Source of the DNA: Tubulanus polymorphus
Taxonomy: Eukaryota; Animalia; Nemertea
Assembly: GCF_964204645.1 (NCBI RefSeq)
Contig: NC_134027.1
Location: 14,044,485-14,108,484, forward strand
Length of the DNA stretch: 64,000 nt
Direction: 5' to 3'
Each line of letters opens with the position of its first letter. Position 1 is the first letter of the stretch. A program made the translations under genes and the position numbers. Positions 49,058-62,555 of this stretch are shown here, piece after piece. The notes under the pieces are model-generated. The model was not told the DNA's origin. It made no database searches and saw only the letters and a list, made by a program, of their open reading frames with translations.

Positions 49058-51657
49058 GAGTGACCCACCATGTTCAGGGGGTCCCTGCATTGATATTTAA
49101 GAAAGTAACCTTAATAGTTGAACCAAGTAAACTTGGATGAAGCTGAAAATCTGTCAAATAAAACGATCTAGAAACCAGAATCCGGTCGTACCAATCACAG
49201 CGCTTGTAACAAACCGTCAGTAGACTTCTGTTGGTTTTCCCGTTAAATTGACCAATCAGCGAACGTTTTACCGAACAAGGAAGTGTTTCGAAAATCGATA
49301 TATGACGTCACGCGCAACAGCGCCAGTAATGAAATCACGCTTCGTGAGGCACGGGGCTGGTGGAAGCGAGTTCGGGAGTGATACCGGACCCCTGGCAAGC
49401 GAGGATGTTCGGTGAACGGCAGAATTTTTACCAGCGACAATCCCTATATGGTCTTAGACCATAAAAATCGCATTAAGTGCTTTTTCATTTTCATTTTCTG
49501 GAGGCAAACATTCTAAGCTTTCAGAATTTTGGTATTTCAAGCCTGCCAATAACTCGGTTCAAATTAACATATGAACATAGGGTAATTAAAGGTGAATTTT
49601 GTATGAAAAAAAGCTAAGTAGTTTGACCATGGTATCAGATTTTTGGTTATCAATTTATCTTAGGTTTTAAACCTTTAATACTTTACTGCATAGGTTATAT
49701 CAACATTCATTCAAGAAAAATGAAGACACTATAAACTGGTAACGCGTGATAGCTACAGGGAAATGATAAGTTTTCCCGTAATTCCGTTACCAGAAAATCA
49801 TAGTTTAATCTCACTTAATTTCAAGTGACATCTTTCTATAGGGTTTAAAGATACCCCCCATCCACCCTATGAAACTTCAAACGCGACAGTAAGAATCTCT
49901 CTTCTGGGTTAAAGTTTTTGTTTATTTTCAAATCTTAGCCCTGCATTGGAGTTCTTTGTTTTAGTAGGCCTATTCATTGTTGAATTAATTAATAAATATA
50001 TCAAAAAAATAAATTGTTGGCAAAAATAGGCATATGCCAAAAGAGCCTTTTTTGTGGTGTTGGTGTATTTTGCGCTGTGTGAGGGAAGTAGATTTCTCCA
50101 TTAAAGGCATCAAGATGGTGAATGTACATATGTTTTATACTTAATTATTTTTTAGTAAAATGCTTTATTTAATTAAGCCTTACAATGCTAGGGGTATTTT
50201 GATAAGGTAAACTGATACCTTTTCCTTTGGTAGTAAAGGGGGGACTTTGAGCTTAAAATGCAGTTGTTTCTGGTAACTTTTCCAGTTAATTGACCCTAGT
50301 TTACTGTAGGCCTAATAGTTTCTGTAACGGGCTAGTTTTATATATCTGTAGTAAATCAGTTTAAATGTGGCCCCATTTTTACTAAAACTTAAGGGACAGC
50401 CTTAATGAATTTAAATTTACTTTTTCAGAAACCAAAACCCTTGACCCCAGCATAGAAGATCAAACGTTACCGCTTAAAGATTAAAGAAGAGAGTTCAGCT
50501 GAGCTGTGAGAGTTCAGGCAATTAATGAAAAAGACAGAAATAGAAAAATGCACAGAAAAGATGCCCTTACTCCTGATGAAACAGTTATGGAAAGGGTTAA
50601 GAATCATGATCGGGTAAGAAAGCACACACAAAAAACAGACCAATGCTCACAGTAACCTTGCCAGCTTTTAAGTCGAGGCAGTCGTTAGGGAGGGCCAAAA
50701 GCAAAAAAAGGTTGCCTAAGTCTCCGAGGAAGGCAATGGCGGTTATTGCGTCAATGGCAGAAGACGTTGGTCTAGTCGTGAAAACTGATGCCCACAAATT
50801 AGCTGGAAATGAAGGACTCGATCCTGAAACGATTTACTAAGTGAAATTATACTATGTTAAAAATTTGTGGATGTGCCCTGGCATTAAAGATAAAATCATA
50901 ATTAGAAACCCAGGTCAGAAAAAAGAAACTTTACAAAAACAATTTTTACTAACAACCCTGAGAGAAGCGTATGCCGAATTCAAGGAGGAGGATCCAGATG
51001 ACAAAGTTTCATTTTCTAAGTTTTGTGACCTGAGGCCACCTGTAGTCCAGATTCTCAATAACATTCCAGATAATTTCTGTCTGTGTCGATATCACGAGAA
51101 TGTGAGATTATTACTTATAGCTGTTAAGAAAGCTGGAATTCTGATTCCTACTAGCTTTCGTGACTTCATAAAACTGGTAGTTTGTGATCAAGAGAATGAA
51201 AAATGCATGTATGGGATCTGTACTGAATGTCCAGGGATAAAGGTTCTAACTCCTGATGATAATTTAGGAAAAACCGAAATTAGCTGGCAACAATGGGAAA
51301 AAGGGCAAGATGATCAGGTGGCCAAAATCAATCAGATTGGACCTGTGAGAAATTGTTTTGATAAGCTTGTTAGTCAAGTTCAGTATTTCTTGGTACATAC
51401 TTATATCAAACGAGTACAGGCAACAGTTTTTAAAAGTGAACGAGAAAATGTCAAAAATGACCTGAATACGCTGGTAATACAAGTTGATTTTGCAGAGAAC
51501 TAAACTTGTAAGAACCAAGATGAGATCCAATCCGCTTATTGGGCATATCAGCAAGTTAGCCTATTTACAGTTTGTGGGTGGTCTCATCTCGGTTCTAAAA
51601 GTCTAGTTATCGTTTCTGACTATTTGAAACATGAGAAATATGCTGTACAAACATATA
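49058..51657 (+). mobile_element. Sola2-like DNA transposon, 3'-truncated, with a transposase pseudogene at ~50430-51657
   Basis: FSKFCDLRP..CLCRYHENV..VCD..CMYGICTECPG..H.YIKR.Q..QVDFAEN*..QDEIQSAYW..QVSLFT..IVSD.LKH. Putative 5'-GAG terminus at 49058; right end not found. Confidence 0.7.
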
Positions 51658-51760
51658 CTGTATTTTCAGGCTAATAAGCCGATTTTCTAGCTTCAGATTT
51701 TTACCCCAAAATATCATGATCGGCTTATTGGACAAATACGATCTGACCTATGTAAATAAT
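51658..51760. mobile_element. Left end of a pogo/Tc1-type element truncating Sola2 (extent unknown)
   Basis: TA|CTGTATTTTCAGGCTAATAAGCCGA resembles the TIR at 15214; no matching right TIR was seen. Confidence 0.5.
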
Positions 51761-53295
51761 TACTTCCCGAACTATGTCACACTTATGCTCCAACTTCAGG
51801 GTTAAATAGCGTATGAATGAGACACTGTCAGAAATTAATAAACGTATTTCTATAAAGAGTACTTGCTTATGTTGTCTATTGATGTGTTACATCGTGTCTA
51901 TTTTCAATAATTACTGTGGAAACGAGGTTTTTGCACTGGTAAATTTTTGCTTCAAATGTAAGCAATACCTCGCCCTTTTTGGATTTCATCGCGAAGCGAC
52001 GGATATGAATATGCATTTCTAACCGAATTTTCCTTATTAGGATAATGAATTCGAGGCCCAGAAATTGGCATATCAATGGCGAATGACCTTCTTTTAGTAA
52101 CAGCTTCATCGATTTTACAACTAATCAGCAATTTAACCTCAGCCAGCCGGTTCGAATCCCAGGTAAAACAATTTTTTTACCAAACATCGCACTAAGAACT
52201 CAAAAATCAAATCTAATTCAATCGAGCTCAACGAAAATAAGCTTAAATTTGATGGAATATAACGTTGTCTGCAAAATCAAAAAAATTATGGGTCCCCGTA
52301 ATTTTGCGCACTTCCTCGACGAGGGCGTTATTTAAGGGACACGGTGATAACGTCATTGATTATTTGTAAACAAACGCATTTGCAGAAAACAGCTGACTGT
52401 ATCCATAATAAAAAGATGCCTTAATAGAATCTTAACAAAACCATATGGGCCTATCTAATTCATTAATAGCCTACCATAATTATTTCAACAAATAAAGATA
52501 TGGATATCCACATAATTTTTTGAGACTTGAGTGAAAAAATCTGAATGAGCAAAACTAGAAGTAGGTGAACAAAATAGGACATACCTACTTTTTTGTGTCA
52601 AAGTGACCAAAATTCTATGTACAGGTCTAAACACAATCTGAATTTGTTTTTCTATACATTTCATCGAAAACTTTCTTTTCATATTACAGGTTAATCATGT
52701 TACAGTCTGATAGCGATGATTCATTATTGACAAGTGATGTTCTTCATTACCATAAAAACAATGGCAGGAAGAAATGTGGTGAATGGATAAATGAACATTT
52801 TTCATTAACAAACATCAGTTCAATTTATACCAAGCTTGACAGGGTGGTGAAACATCATGAAAGTTTGCTGAAGTCAAAGAATCGGCCATCAAAAAAGGTA
52901 ATGTTACATCTCATCATTAGAAAATGACTTCCTCGACAATCTCGAATCTCACTACCGAATAGTTTTTAGTTGATAAAAACATAAAATAAAGTTTTTTGTC
53001 AATTAATTTCAATAAAGAATGATAAATACTCTACAGTACTACAATAATGATGGAATTTATAAATGCAGCATGATAAACTTGAAGGGAGCCAAAAATATAA
53101 ATTCGGTTTTTTCTTCCAGTGAAGCAATCAGCAAAATTTCATTTCTTGTAGGAAGAACTTCAAAAATGGCTGGGAATACCATTTGAAATTTCCAAGCATA
53201 AGTGTCAAGATGAACAGCAAGCTGATCACAGTTACTCTGCATCCCCTTTACCTGAAAAAGAAAATCCATGTTATAGTTCCATCTTAGAAGAAAAG

Positions 53296-56015
53296 ACTAG
53301 GGTCCAGGGACGCCACGCCCACTTGGGAAGTGGTTTCAAATGCTCAACAATCTAACAATTTCAATATTCAACACCCTCTGGTGACCACATACAAAAACCA
53401 ATGACCTAGAAACTCACCACAATCATAGAACATGTCAGCAGCTACGATTTTGTAATTGATTGTGATAACTAAAGTATGCCTCATTACCAATTTAATATGG
53501 AAATACTAAGTTATTCTACTATTCAATGCCCCCCGTGACCATATGCTAAACCCAATGATCTTGAAAATTGCCTCAATCATAGAACATGTCACGAGCTACA
53601 ACTGTGCAATTGATAATGGTTAAAACATATGCCTAGGTATCGATATAATAAGGAAATACAATGTTATTCTACTATTCAATGCCCCCTGGTGACCATATAG
53701 ATAGCTATGTCCTTAAAACTCTCCACAATCATAGAACATGTCATGAGCTACAGCTTTGCAATTGATCGTGGTAACAAAATATGCATAGGTACAAATATGA
53801 TATAGGAATACTAAGTAATTGTATTTTCAACGCCCCTTGGTGGCTTTATACAAAAAGCAATGCGCTTTAAACACACAATTATCATAGAACACGTTATGAG
53901 CTACAACTTTCCAATTGATTGTGGTAACACTATATGTTTAGGTACCAATATAATGTGGAAAAACCTTTTCCCACCTACAAATGAGTACTGACGACACCAA
54001 GATGGCCGCCAATTGCGCCACGATTGGCTGATCAAAAATACCTCAGGTATTAAACATCCCTTTACAAAGAATGCCCATCACAAATTGCAATGAGAAATGG
54101 TAAACCAGTAGGAAGCTACAGGACTCAAATTTGGGCCAAAATTGACATTTTTGGACACCCAATATGTCATAGGACAGCCATCTTGAGTCCGATCGACCCA
54201 ATTTTTCTTATGCTGATGGGCCCTTAGGGGATTCAAATATATACGAAATATCAAGCTAATTGATCAAATTGTCTTCAAAATTTCCGGCAAAAAGTTCAAA
54301 AATGGGTAAACTAGGGATCCAGGGGTACCATGACCACTTGGTAAGTGGATTCAAATGCTCAACAGTCTAAACAATATTCAACGCCCCCTGGTGGCCATAT
54401 ACAAAAACCAATGACCTTGAAACTCGCCAAAATCATAGAACACGTTATGAGCTACAACTTTCCAATTGATTTTAGTAACAAAATATGCTTAGGTATCAAT
54501 ATGTGGAAAAACTTTTTCCCACCTACAAATGAGTATTGATGACCCAAGATGGCCGCCAATTGTGTCATAATTGGTCGATCAAAAATACCTTTCCAAAGAA
54601 TAACCATCAAAAATTGCAATGAGAGATAGCAAACCGGAAGCTACGGGACTCAGAATTCGGACCAAAATTAACATTTTTGGGCACTAAAAGGTCGTAGGAT
54701 GGCCATCTTAATTCCGATCGACCCAATTTCTCTTATGCTGATGGGCCCTTGGGGGATTCAAATATATACGTAAGATCAAGGTAATTGATCAAAGCGTCTT
54801 CAAAATTTCCCTCAGAAAGTTAAACTAGGGGTCCAGGGACACCATGCCCACTTGGGAAGTGGTTTCAATTGCTTAACAATCTAACAATTTCAATATATAA
54901 CGTCCCCTAGTTACGATATACAAAAACCAATGACCTTGAAACCCACCACAATCATAGAAAATGTCAGCAGCTACAATTTTGTAATTGATTGTGATAGCAA
55001 AATATGCCTCGTTACCAATTTAATATGGAAATACTAAGTTATTCTACTATTCAACGCCCCCTGGTGACCATAAAGAAAAACTAATGTCCTTAAAACTCCC
55101 CACAATCATAGACAATGTCATGAGCTACAACTTTGCAATTGATTGTAAACAAAATATGCATAGGTACAAATATAATATGGAAATACTAAGTTATTGTATT
55201 ATTCAATGCCCCCTGGTTGCCATATACAAAAACCAGTGACCTTGAAACTCACCACAAGCATAGAACACATTATGGGCTACAACTTTCCAATGAATTATAG
55301 TAACACAATATGCTTAGGTATCAATTTAATGTGGAAAAACTTTTTCCTACCTACGAATGAGTATTGATGACACCAAGATGGCCGCCAATTGCGTCGCAAT
55401 GGCTGATCAAAAATACCTATCCTAGGTATAAAACATCCCTTTTCCAAAGAATACCCATCACAAATTGCAATGAGAAATGGCAAACTAGTAGGAAGCTACA
55501 GGACCCAGAATTCTGTCCAAAATTGAGATTTTTGGGCACTAAAAAGGTCATAGGACGGCCATCTTTAGTCCGATCGACCCAATTTTTCTTGTGCTGATGG
55601 ACCCTTGGTAGATTGAAATATAAACGAAAGATCAAGGTAATTGATCAAAGCGTCTTCAAAATTACCCTCAAAAACTTCAAAAATGTGTGAAAAGTGCTGA
55701 TAATGGTGAACAACAATGGCTGCCAGTTGGCCACCTTGATCCTGACAGGGCCGGTTTTTGGGCTGCAGATGTGTCTAGGGTAGATACGTGTATAAACCAA
55801 ATATCAAGACATTACATTGAAGCGTCTTCACAACTTCCCATAATAACTGGATTCCGTCAACGGACGGACGAATGGACGGACGACGGATGAAAAGTGAACG
55901 CAATAGCCCGCTAGGACTAATGTCCCAAATGGGCTAAAAATTTGTAAAAAGTGTTGATTTTGAAGAACAACAATAGCTGCCAGTCAGCCATCTTGATTCT
56001 GACAGGGCCAGTTTT
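53296..56015 (-). mobile_element. Chain of HINE family A copies (starts at 53296, 54310, 54824) with 4, 1 and 3 monomers
   Basis: Repeated ACTAGGG..CCAGGG..ACCATG starts; one complete end at about 55936 followed by a short remnant. Confidence 0.88.
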
Positions 56016-56679
56016 TGCGACACCCCTAGAAGTGGAGCATATTATGCCGGCGAATCACTTCCGGCCTTATTCAGTGGCACCGTCTGGTGGGCTCAATCCT
56101 CTCCAAGAGCTCCTTCTAGCGGGATAAATCCAATTCAAATTCAGTTCAATTCAATACAGTTAATAATTTATTGCTATCTTAAAACATTACTGAGTTTTTG
56201 CACATTTCATCCGAATATAATTAACCCAGAAACAAAAACCTTTGAACCGTTTGATCTTTGTCAAAGCATTAAATTTCTCTCCTTGTAATTCTATTTTATC
56301 CTAGTAAATTTCTACATTTTAGTAGTGGAATGAACATAATCAGTGTACCCTTTCATTGTGATAAATTCTATCATATAAGATTCAATTGTCGGACTTCTTC
56401 ATTGATATTTCTCCATGTCTACCGCAGCTATAATTATTAGTAATCTACTCAATTAACGGCATGTACCGTGCCACCCGATGTCCTCATCAAAAGCTGAAAT
56501 TTGTATACGTGAGTCATATCGTGATCTCATTTTCAAAACTCTTTGTGTAAACTTCAAGAACGGACAATTATTGGTTGTTACTTTCCATTCAAACATTTTT
56601 TCGCACAATATCGTGCATATAGAACTCTATAACAGCTCAATGTGTCACAGGATATTTCTTTTAGAAATTGACCTTGTTG

Positions 56680-58438
56680 GGCAGAAGATGTGTCTAGGGT
56701 AGATACATGTGTAACCCAAATATCAAGACATTACATTGAAGCGTCTTCAAAACTTCCCAAAATGAGTGGATTCCGTCTACGGACGGACGGACGGACAGTT
56801 GGAGGACGGACAAAAAGTGAATGCAATAGCCCGCTGGCACTAAAGTCCCAAGTGGGCTAAAACTAGGGGTCCAGGGACACCATGCCCACTTGGGAAGTGG
56901 TTTCAAATGCTCAACAATCGAACAATTTCAATATTCAACGTCCCCTGGTGACCATTTACAAAAACCAACGACCTTGAAACTCACCACAATCATAGAACAT
57001 GTCAGCAGCTACGATTTTGTAGTTGATTGTGATAACTAAAGTATGCCTCATTACCAATTTAATATGGAAATACTAAGTTATTCTACTATTCAATGCCCCC
57101 CGTGACCATATGCAAAACCCAATGATCTTGAAAATTGCCTCAATCATAGAACATGTCACGAGCTACAACTTTGCAATTGATAATAGTTAAAACATATGCC
57201 TAGGTATCGATATAATAAGGAAATACAATGTTATTCTACTATTCAATGCCCCCTGGTGACCATATGGAATAGCTATGTCCTTAAAACTCTCCACAATCAT
57301 AGAACATGTCATGAGCTACAACTTTGCAATTGATCGTGGTAACAAAATATGCCTCGTTACCAATTTAATATGGAAATACTAAGTCATTCTACTATTCAAC
57401 GCCCCCTGGTGACCATATTCAAAACCCAATGACCTCGAAACTCACCACAATCGTAGAACATGTCATGAACTACAACTTTGCAATTGATCATGGTAACAAA
57501 ATATGCCTAGGTACCAATATAATAAGGAAATACTAAGTTATTCTACTATTCAACGCCCCTGGTGACCATATAGAAAAACTAATGTCCTTAAAACTCGCAA
57601 AAATCATAGATGATGTCATGAGCTACAACTTTCCAATTGATTGTGGTTACAAAATATGTATAGGTATGAATATTATAAAGAAATGCTAAGATATTGTATT
57701 ATTCAACGCCCCTGGTGGCCATATACGAAATCCAATTACCTTGAAACTCACCACAATCATAGAACACGTTATGAGCTACAACTTTCTAATCGATTGTGGT
57801 CGCAAAATACGCTTAGGTATCAATATAATGTGGAAAAACTTTTTCCCACTTACGAATGAGTACTGGTGACACAAAGATGGCCGCCAATTGCGTCATAATT
57901 GGCTGATGAAAAATACCTGTCTCAGGTATAAAACATCCCTTTCCATAGAATACCCATCACCAATTGCAATGAGAAATGGCAAACCAGTAGGAAGCTACAG
58001 GACTCAGAATTCGGGCCAAAATTAACATTTTTGGGCACTAAAAAGGTCATAGTACGGCCATCTTGAGTCCGAACGACCCAATTTTTGTTATGTTGATGGG
58101 CCCTGGGGGGGATTCACATATATCCGAAAGACCAAGGTAATTGATCAAAGCGTCTTTAAAATTTCCCTCAAAAAGTTCAAAAATGTATAAAAAGTGCTGA
58201 TTTTGGCGAACAACAATGGCTGCTAGTCGGCCATCTTGATTCTGACAGGGCCAGTTTTTGGGCTGAAGATGTGTCTAGGGTAGTTACATCTGTAACCCAA
58301 ATATCAAGACATTACCTTGAAGCGTCTTCAAAACTTCCCAAAAGAACTGGATTCCGTCTACGGACGGACGGACGCTACGACGGACGGACGAAAAGTGAAC
58401 GCAATAGCCCGCTGGCACTAAAGTCCCAAGTGGGCTAA
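56680..58438 (-). mobile_element. HINE family A end fragment fused head-to-tail to a complete copy (56861-58438) with six 154-bp monomers
   Basis: Junction GTGGGCTAAAACTAGGGGTCC; monomer anchors at 56936, 57091, 57244, 57397, 57551 and 57704. Confidence 0.9.
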
Positions 58439-59612
58439 AGACAGCTGAAAAGAGTAACTGAAAGTAAGCGATATTACAAAAATAAGAGTGAAAATTTAGA
58501 AAGATCTACAGGAAAAATGTAGAATGTATGAAGAAAAAATGAGATTGAACAGTGAGATTGAACAAACAGAAACTGACGGGATATATAACACAAAATTCAC
58601 AGTTTTATGAATTACTGATGTATCATGTTCTAAGTGACATGTTAATTCTGTGATAAGTTCATGCTTTAAGTATCATGGAAAACTCCATCCAAACTGCCTA
58701 ACGAATGATTATCGAACGATTAGGCTTAAGCCAGATGCAATTAGGGGACGAACTAAGTCGTAAGGAGAATACTACATCATATTCTGACGAAACATCCAAA
58801 TTCGGAGAGAAATACATGGGTTTTCATGTGATGGGAGAAGACAGAAAACATTATGCACTTTGACTGCGAGACCTCACCACCAAATGAGCAGATGAGACCC
58901 TCCGCACATTTAAACATATAAGACAAGATATTGATGACATGTGCTCTGAAACAACTGATAAAATTGGCAAACACATTTTAAAGAATATTCAGAATACAAT
59001 ATCCGATCGTGCAGCTACTGAGCTTAAGTGGCATGAACTCCTCTCCAACTACAGATTGAACATATTTCATGAGACAATTTCTAACTGGAACTTAATGTCA
59101 GCGGACGACAAAGCAAACATCGAAAGTATAGCGAATTTTTTCTGTGGATTACATAGCTTTATCCAGGTGGCTGAAGTCACCCAGAAAGTCCTCCTACAGC
59201 AACAAAAAGAAAAATAGCTGGTCGTAACAGGGCCACAGATTATACAACCATCAGAGCCAGGTGTCATACGTCTGATTCGTACTGCGGCTTACAAGGGGTG
59301 CCGACTAAAAAGGTGGATGTCATGCCCAATTTCCCGACTGAGTTCCTCAAACATCATTAACTCAGAAGTATACCAACTGTTCCTTTTCGAGGAAATCGGT
59401 TCAATATAATCTTTTTCAATGGGGGATTTGTGTACTTTCTCCTCAAAATGATGATCTGTTATTTGGAAATGGTTGATAACCCAAATCGCCTCCTGAAGTC
59501 TGTGTTTGCACACCTTAAATCCGTAGACAATATCACTGGATGTAAAGCACTAGGGCTAATCAGTAAATTCATCACTGGACCACTGTGGAGGTTCACTGAG
59601 GATAAATCAGTA

Positions 59613-59826
59613 AATAGGGGTCCTGGGACACCATGCCCACTTGGGAAGTGGTTTTAAATGCTCAACAATCTAACAATTTCAATAAGACGAGAAGATACAC
59701 GACAACCGTGTGTGATGATAACGAGAGAAATCCAACAATAACGAAGCCAAGATTGAAAAATGACGGACGGACGGACGGAAAAGAGAACACAATAGCCCAC
59801 TGGGACTAAAGTCTCAAGTGGGCTAA
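59613..59826 (-). mobile_element. Mini-HINE containing a ~75-bp Penelope 3'-end fragment
   Basis: Both HINE ends are present. The internal AGACGAGAAGATACAC..GATAAC.AGAGAAATCC.ACAATAA matches 62561-62617. Confidence 0.75.
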
Positions 59827-60519
59827 AAATGGTAGACCTTATTCAATTCGTTCCAGAGCTCATCCGTTACATCGAAAGTGCTAGTGCCAGGATCAGTGAA
59901 TTTATGAATGGTGAACTTGATGTCTTTAGCGACATCTTGTAAAGAAAGATCATGTATATGTTTGATGGAAGATTCTGAATATGATAGCAGCAAAAGCGAT
60001 TCCAACAACCACAGCAGAAGAGAACGAGCTGGAAATTTGATAGGGAAAACAATCAGTCATGAAATGCTTCAAAAATATGAAGACGATCCAAATGATAGCG
60101 GCATACTCACCAAATTTTTAGCTACGGTTATTTCTTCTGTTCCTGGTTACTAGTCATGGTTCAATATCAAGTAGGCCTATGATAATGATGATGCATTGTA
60201 TATTGAGAAACTGGAAGAAGAAATACAAAGCAGAAATATCACAGTGCTGTATATTAATCAGTGTATTTATAAAAACGTTATAATTATTAGTTAGGCCTAT
60301 TTCAAAATTGTTATTTTATTTTTAGATGTTTAAAATTCCAGTTAGAGTTAAAATTAAGTCATACTAACCTCATTAAAGTTATATCAAAACGTCACCTAGG
60401 CCTACAAAGTCTTTAGAGTTCACGGGAAAAAATTGTTGCTTTTAACATTTTTCCTCACACTTTCCTACATGAGGTATGACTGCAGTTTAGGTGTCCCTAA
60501 TGGTTATGTACCTAACCTT

Positions 60520-61608
60520 CAGTGCTTCATCTAGCCAAAAATAGAGGGGCGGTCCGCCCCGCCCCCGAAAATAGCCGCCCTTGTGCCCTTCAGATGTGTC
60601 CCATGCTCGCCCTTGTGCCCTCATCACTTGCTGTAGGTCCGCCCTCCTGCCCTTGTCAGTCACGAGTAATGAGTCAGGGCTTTCAAAATAAGCCGTCGCA
60701 TCCGAATGTTAGTAAGTATCCTGCGACGGCTATGAAATATCTCATATGATATCAACGATTACATGTGATCAGTGGTTATATTTAAATGTACTGCAGTCAG
60801 TGTGCATCCTGTGAAAACGTGCCTCAGACGCGTGGCCTAGTTTAAGTTTCCAGGAAATTGGTTGACTTCCAAACTACTGCCAATCATTCTAGCGACTGCC
60901 GTTGTAAAGCTGGTAGCGTTGTATAGCCTATTCGATGGATTGTTTCGTTTTGAACACATCGCGATGCGCGCTCTGGATCTTTTTATCTAGACTATTAGAC
61001 AAATTTTATAGGCCTACATAAAGTGAAAAACTTTGTTCGGTGAACTCACAGAGAGACTCGCAGAGACAATTAGAGTAGCCTAATAGCAATAATGTGTTCT
61101 TAAGCTGGCTGCTTACCAATTATCAACAGTTACTTGCCAATCACAAACACTATCAATTTAAATCAATTAATTTGATATTTAAAGATTAAAAATAGGCCTG
61201 TGCAATTTCATGTAGGCCTATACACTATTGCTGGCTCTTTTTCGCTGTAGGCCTATCATTTGCTTTTAGAGATTGCTTGTTTCTGCTATTTTTTTGTCTG
61301 CAACTGGTTTTCCAAATCATTTTGAATGCCCTATCTATCTGATTAACTTTTGTTCATTGACAGGCGTAGGTGTAAGGATGTACTGGGGTCAAGTGTGTCA
61401 CTCATGGCAAACTCAGAGTTAAACATAGTTTCTAGTCCTCAATCGTACTAGGGGTACCTCGATTCGATGCAATAGGGAACATTGCAGGTTGCCCCCAAAA
61501 CAGACATGAGTGCGTTATTATGTGCCCTTGCTCCAATGGAATCATGCACAAAAATGCCCTTATTTGAAATCAGCACGCTGCCCTTTTTTAATGCTAGATG
61601 AAGCATAG
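60520..61608. mobile_element. hAT5-like element, copy 2 (no Kolobok insert, right tip degraded)
   Basis: Collinear with 37988-39842 minus 38249-39052; ends GCTAGATGAAGCA. Confidence 0.88.
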
Positions 61609-62555
61609 TCAGTAACCTGACTGTGGTTTAGTTTCACGATCGGATATTTTCACAAACCACATAGGCCTATACCGTTGGTATAAGCCCATCCGATTATAAA
61701 AAGCTTACCACCAACGATTAGGTAGGCCTAGGCCTAACTAACAAGATTAAGCACTGAACCTTACCATAACACTATTCTTTAATAACACTAGCGCCACCCA
61801 GTGGGTAGGTGACCCAAACTGCAGTTAGACCAAGAAGTGTTAAATGTAAAATATCAATCAATTAAATAAAATAATTCACGCAACAATGAAGTCCTGGATT
61901 ACTGGGGAGCAATCACTAATGACTAAGTGCTGCTTTACTATTCCTGCGGCAGAAACTTCTATGTACATTGGTCAATATTAGTAATTCTTTTTGCCTTTGG
62001 AAGATCTTTTTTAGGCTTTCATTTGATATAGGCTTATAACATAAATCCATGATATGACACTGACAGATCCGTTAAAAAAATTCCCGTGAACATAGCTAAA
62101 ATAGATGGGCTACTAGTAATTAGCGGGACGGGACCCCACAAAGTTCCTTACCCAACCTTCTGGTGCAAAAGACGATAATTCATCCTAGTCATAGGAAGAT
62201 TCAATATCTTAAAAACTTTTCCACCAAACATCGTGTGCGTTGGCAATCTCTCTTGGACCGGGGGGCGGTACGGTGAAGTTTGACAAGTAGGAGTAATCGG
62301 CCAGTGAACTTTTGCATAGGCCTACTTCAAAGATCGTGACGTCAACCGATCCGATTGCGCGGGAGTCAATGCGTACGCAAATCCGCTTTCTCGGTACTTA
62401 AAATTCTAAGTAGGCTAATGTGGTAGGCACAAAAGCACAAATTAGTTTAGTAAAATTTCGTTGGTTTAAGTGCCAACTATCGTCCAGCTTGTGGCGCCAT
62501 CTGCGGAGTATCAAATTCTGGGTAATTCAAACTCGTATCACAGAACTATTCCGTT

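Larger units (their letters stand above)
52690..60153 (+). pseudogene. Degenerate hAT-superfamily-like transposase split by HINEs (pieces ~52690-53295, 58440-59612, 59830-60153)
   Basis: SDETSKFGEKY; LRDLTTK; NTISDRAATE; NFFCGLH (CxxH); FRGNRFNIIF; GCKALGLISKFITGPLWR. Stops and frameshifts are present. The link to the 52.7-53.3 kb piece is inferred. Confidence 0.6.

Noticed and set aside
48618-49058. 146-aa plus-strand ORF
   Set aside because: It spans a repeat boundary and an ACAAGAGCCCCATGGGGC Helentron-like start, with no protein motif.
52140-52165. tRNA gene (GGTTCGAATCCC B-box)
   Set aside because: No A-box or cloverleaf upstream.
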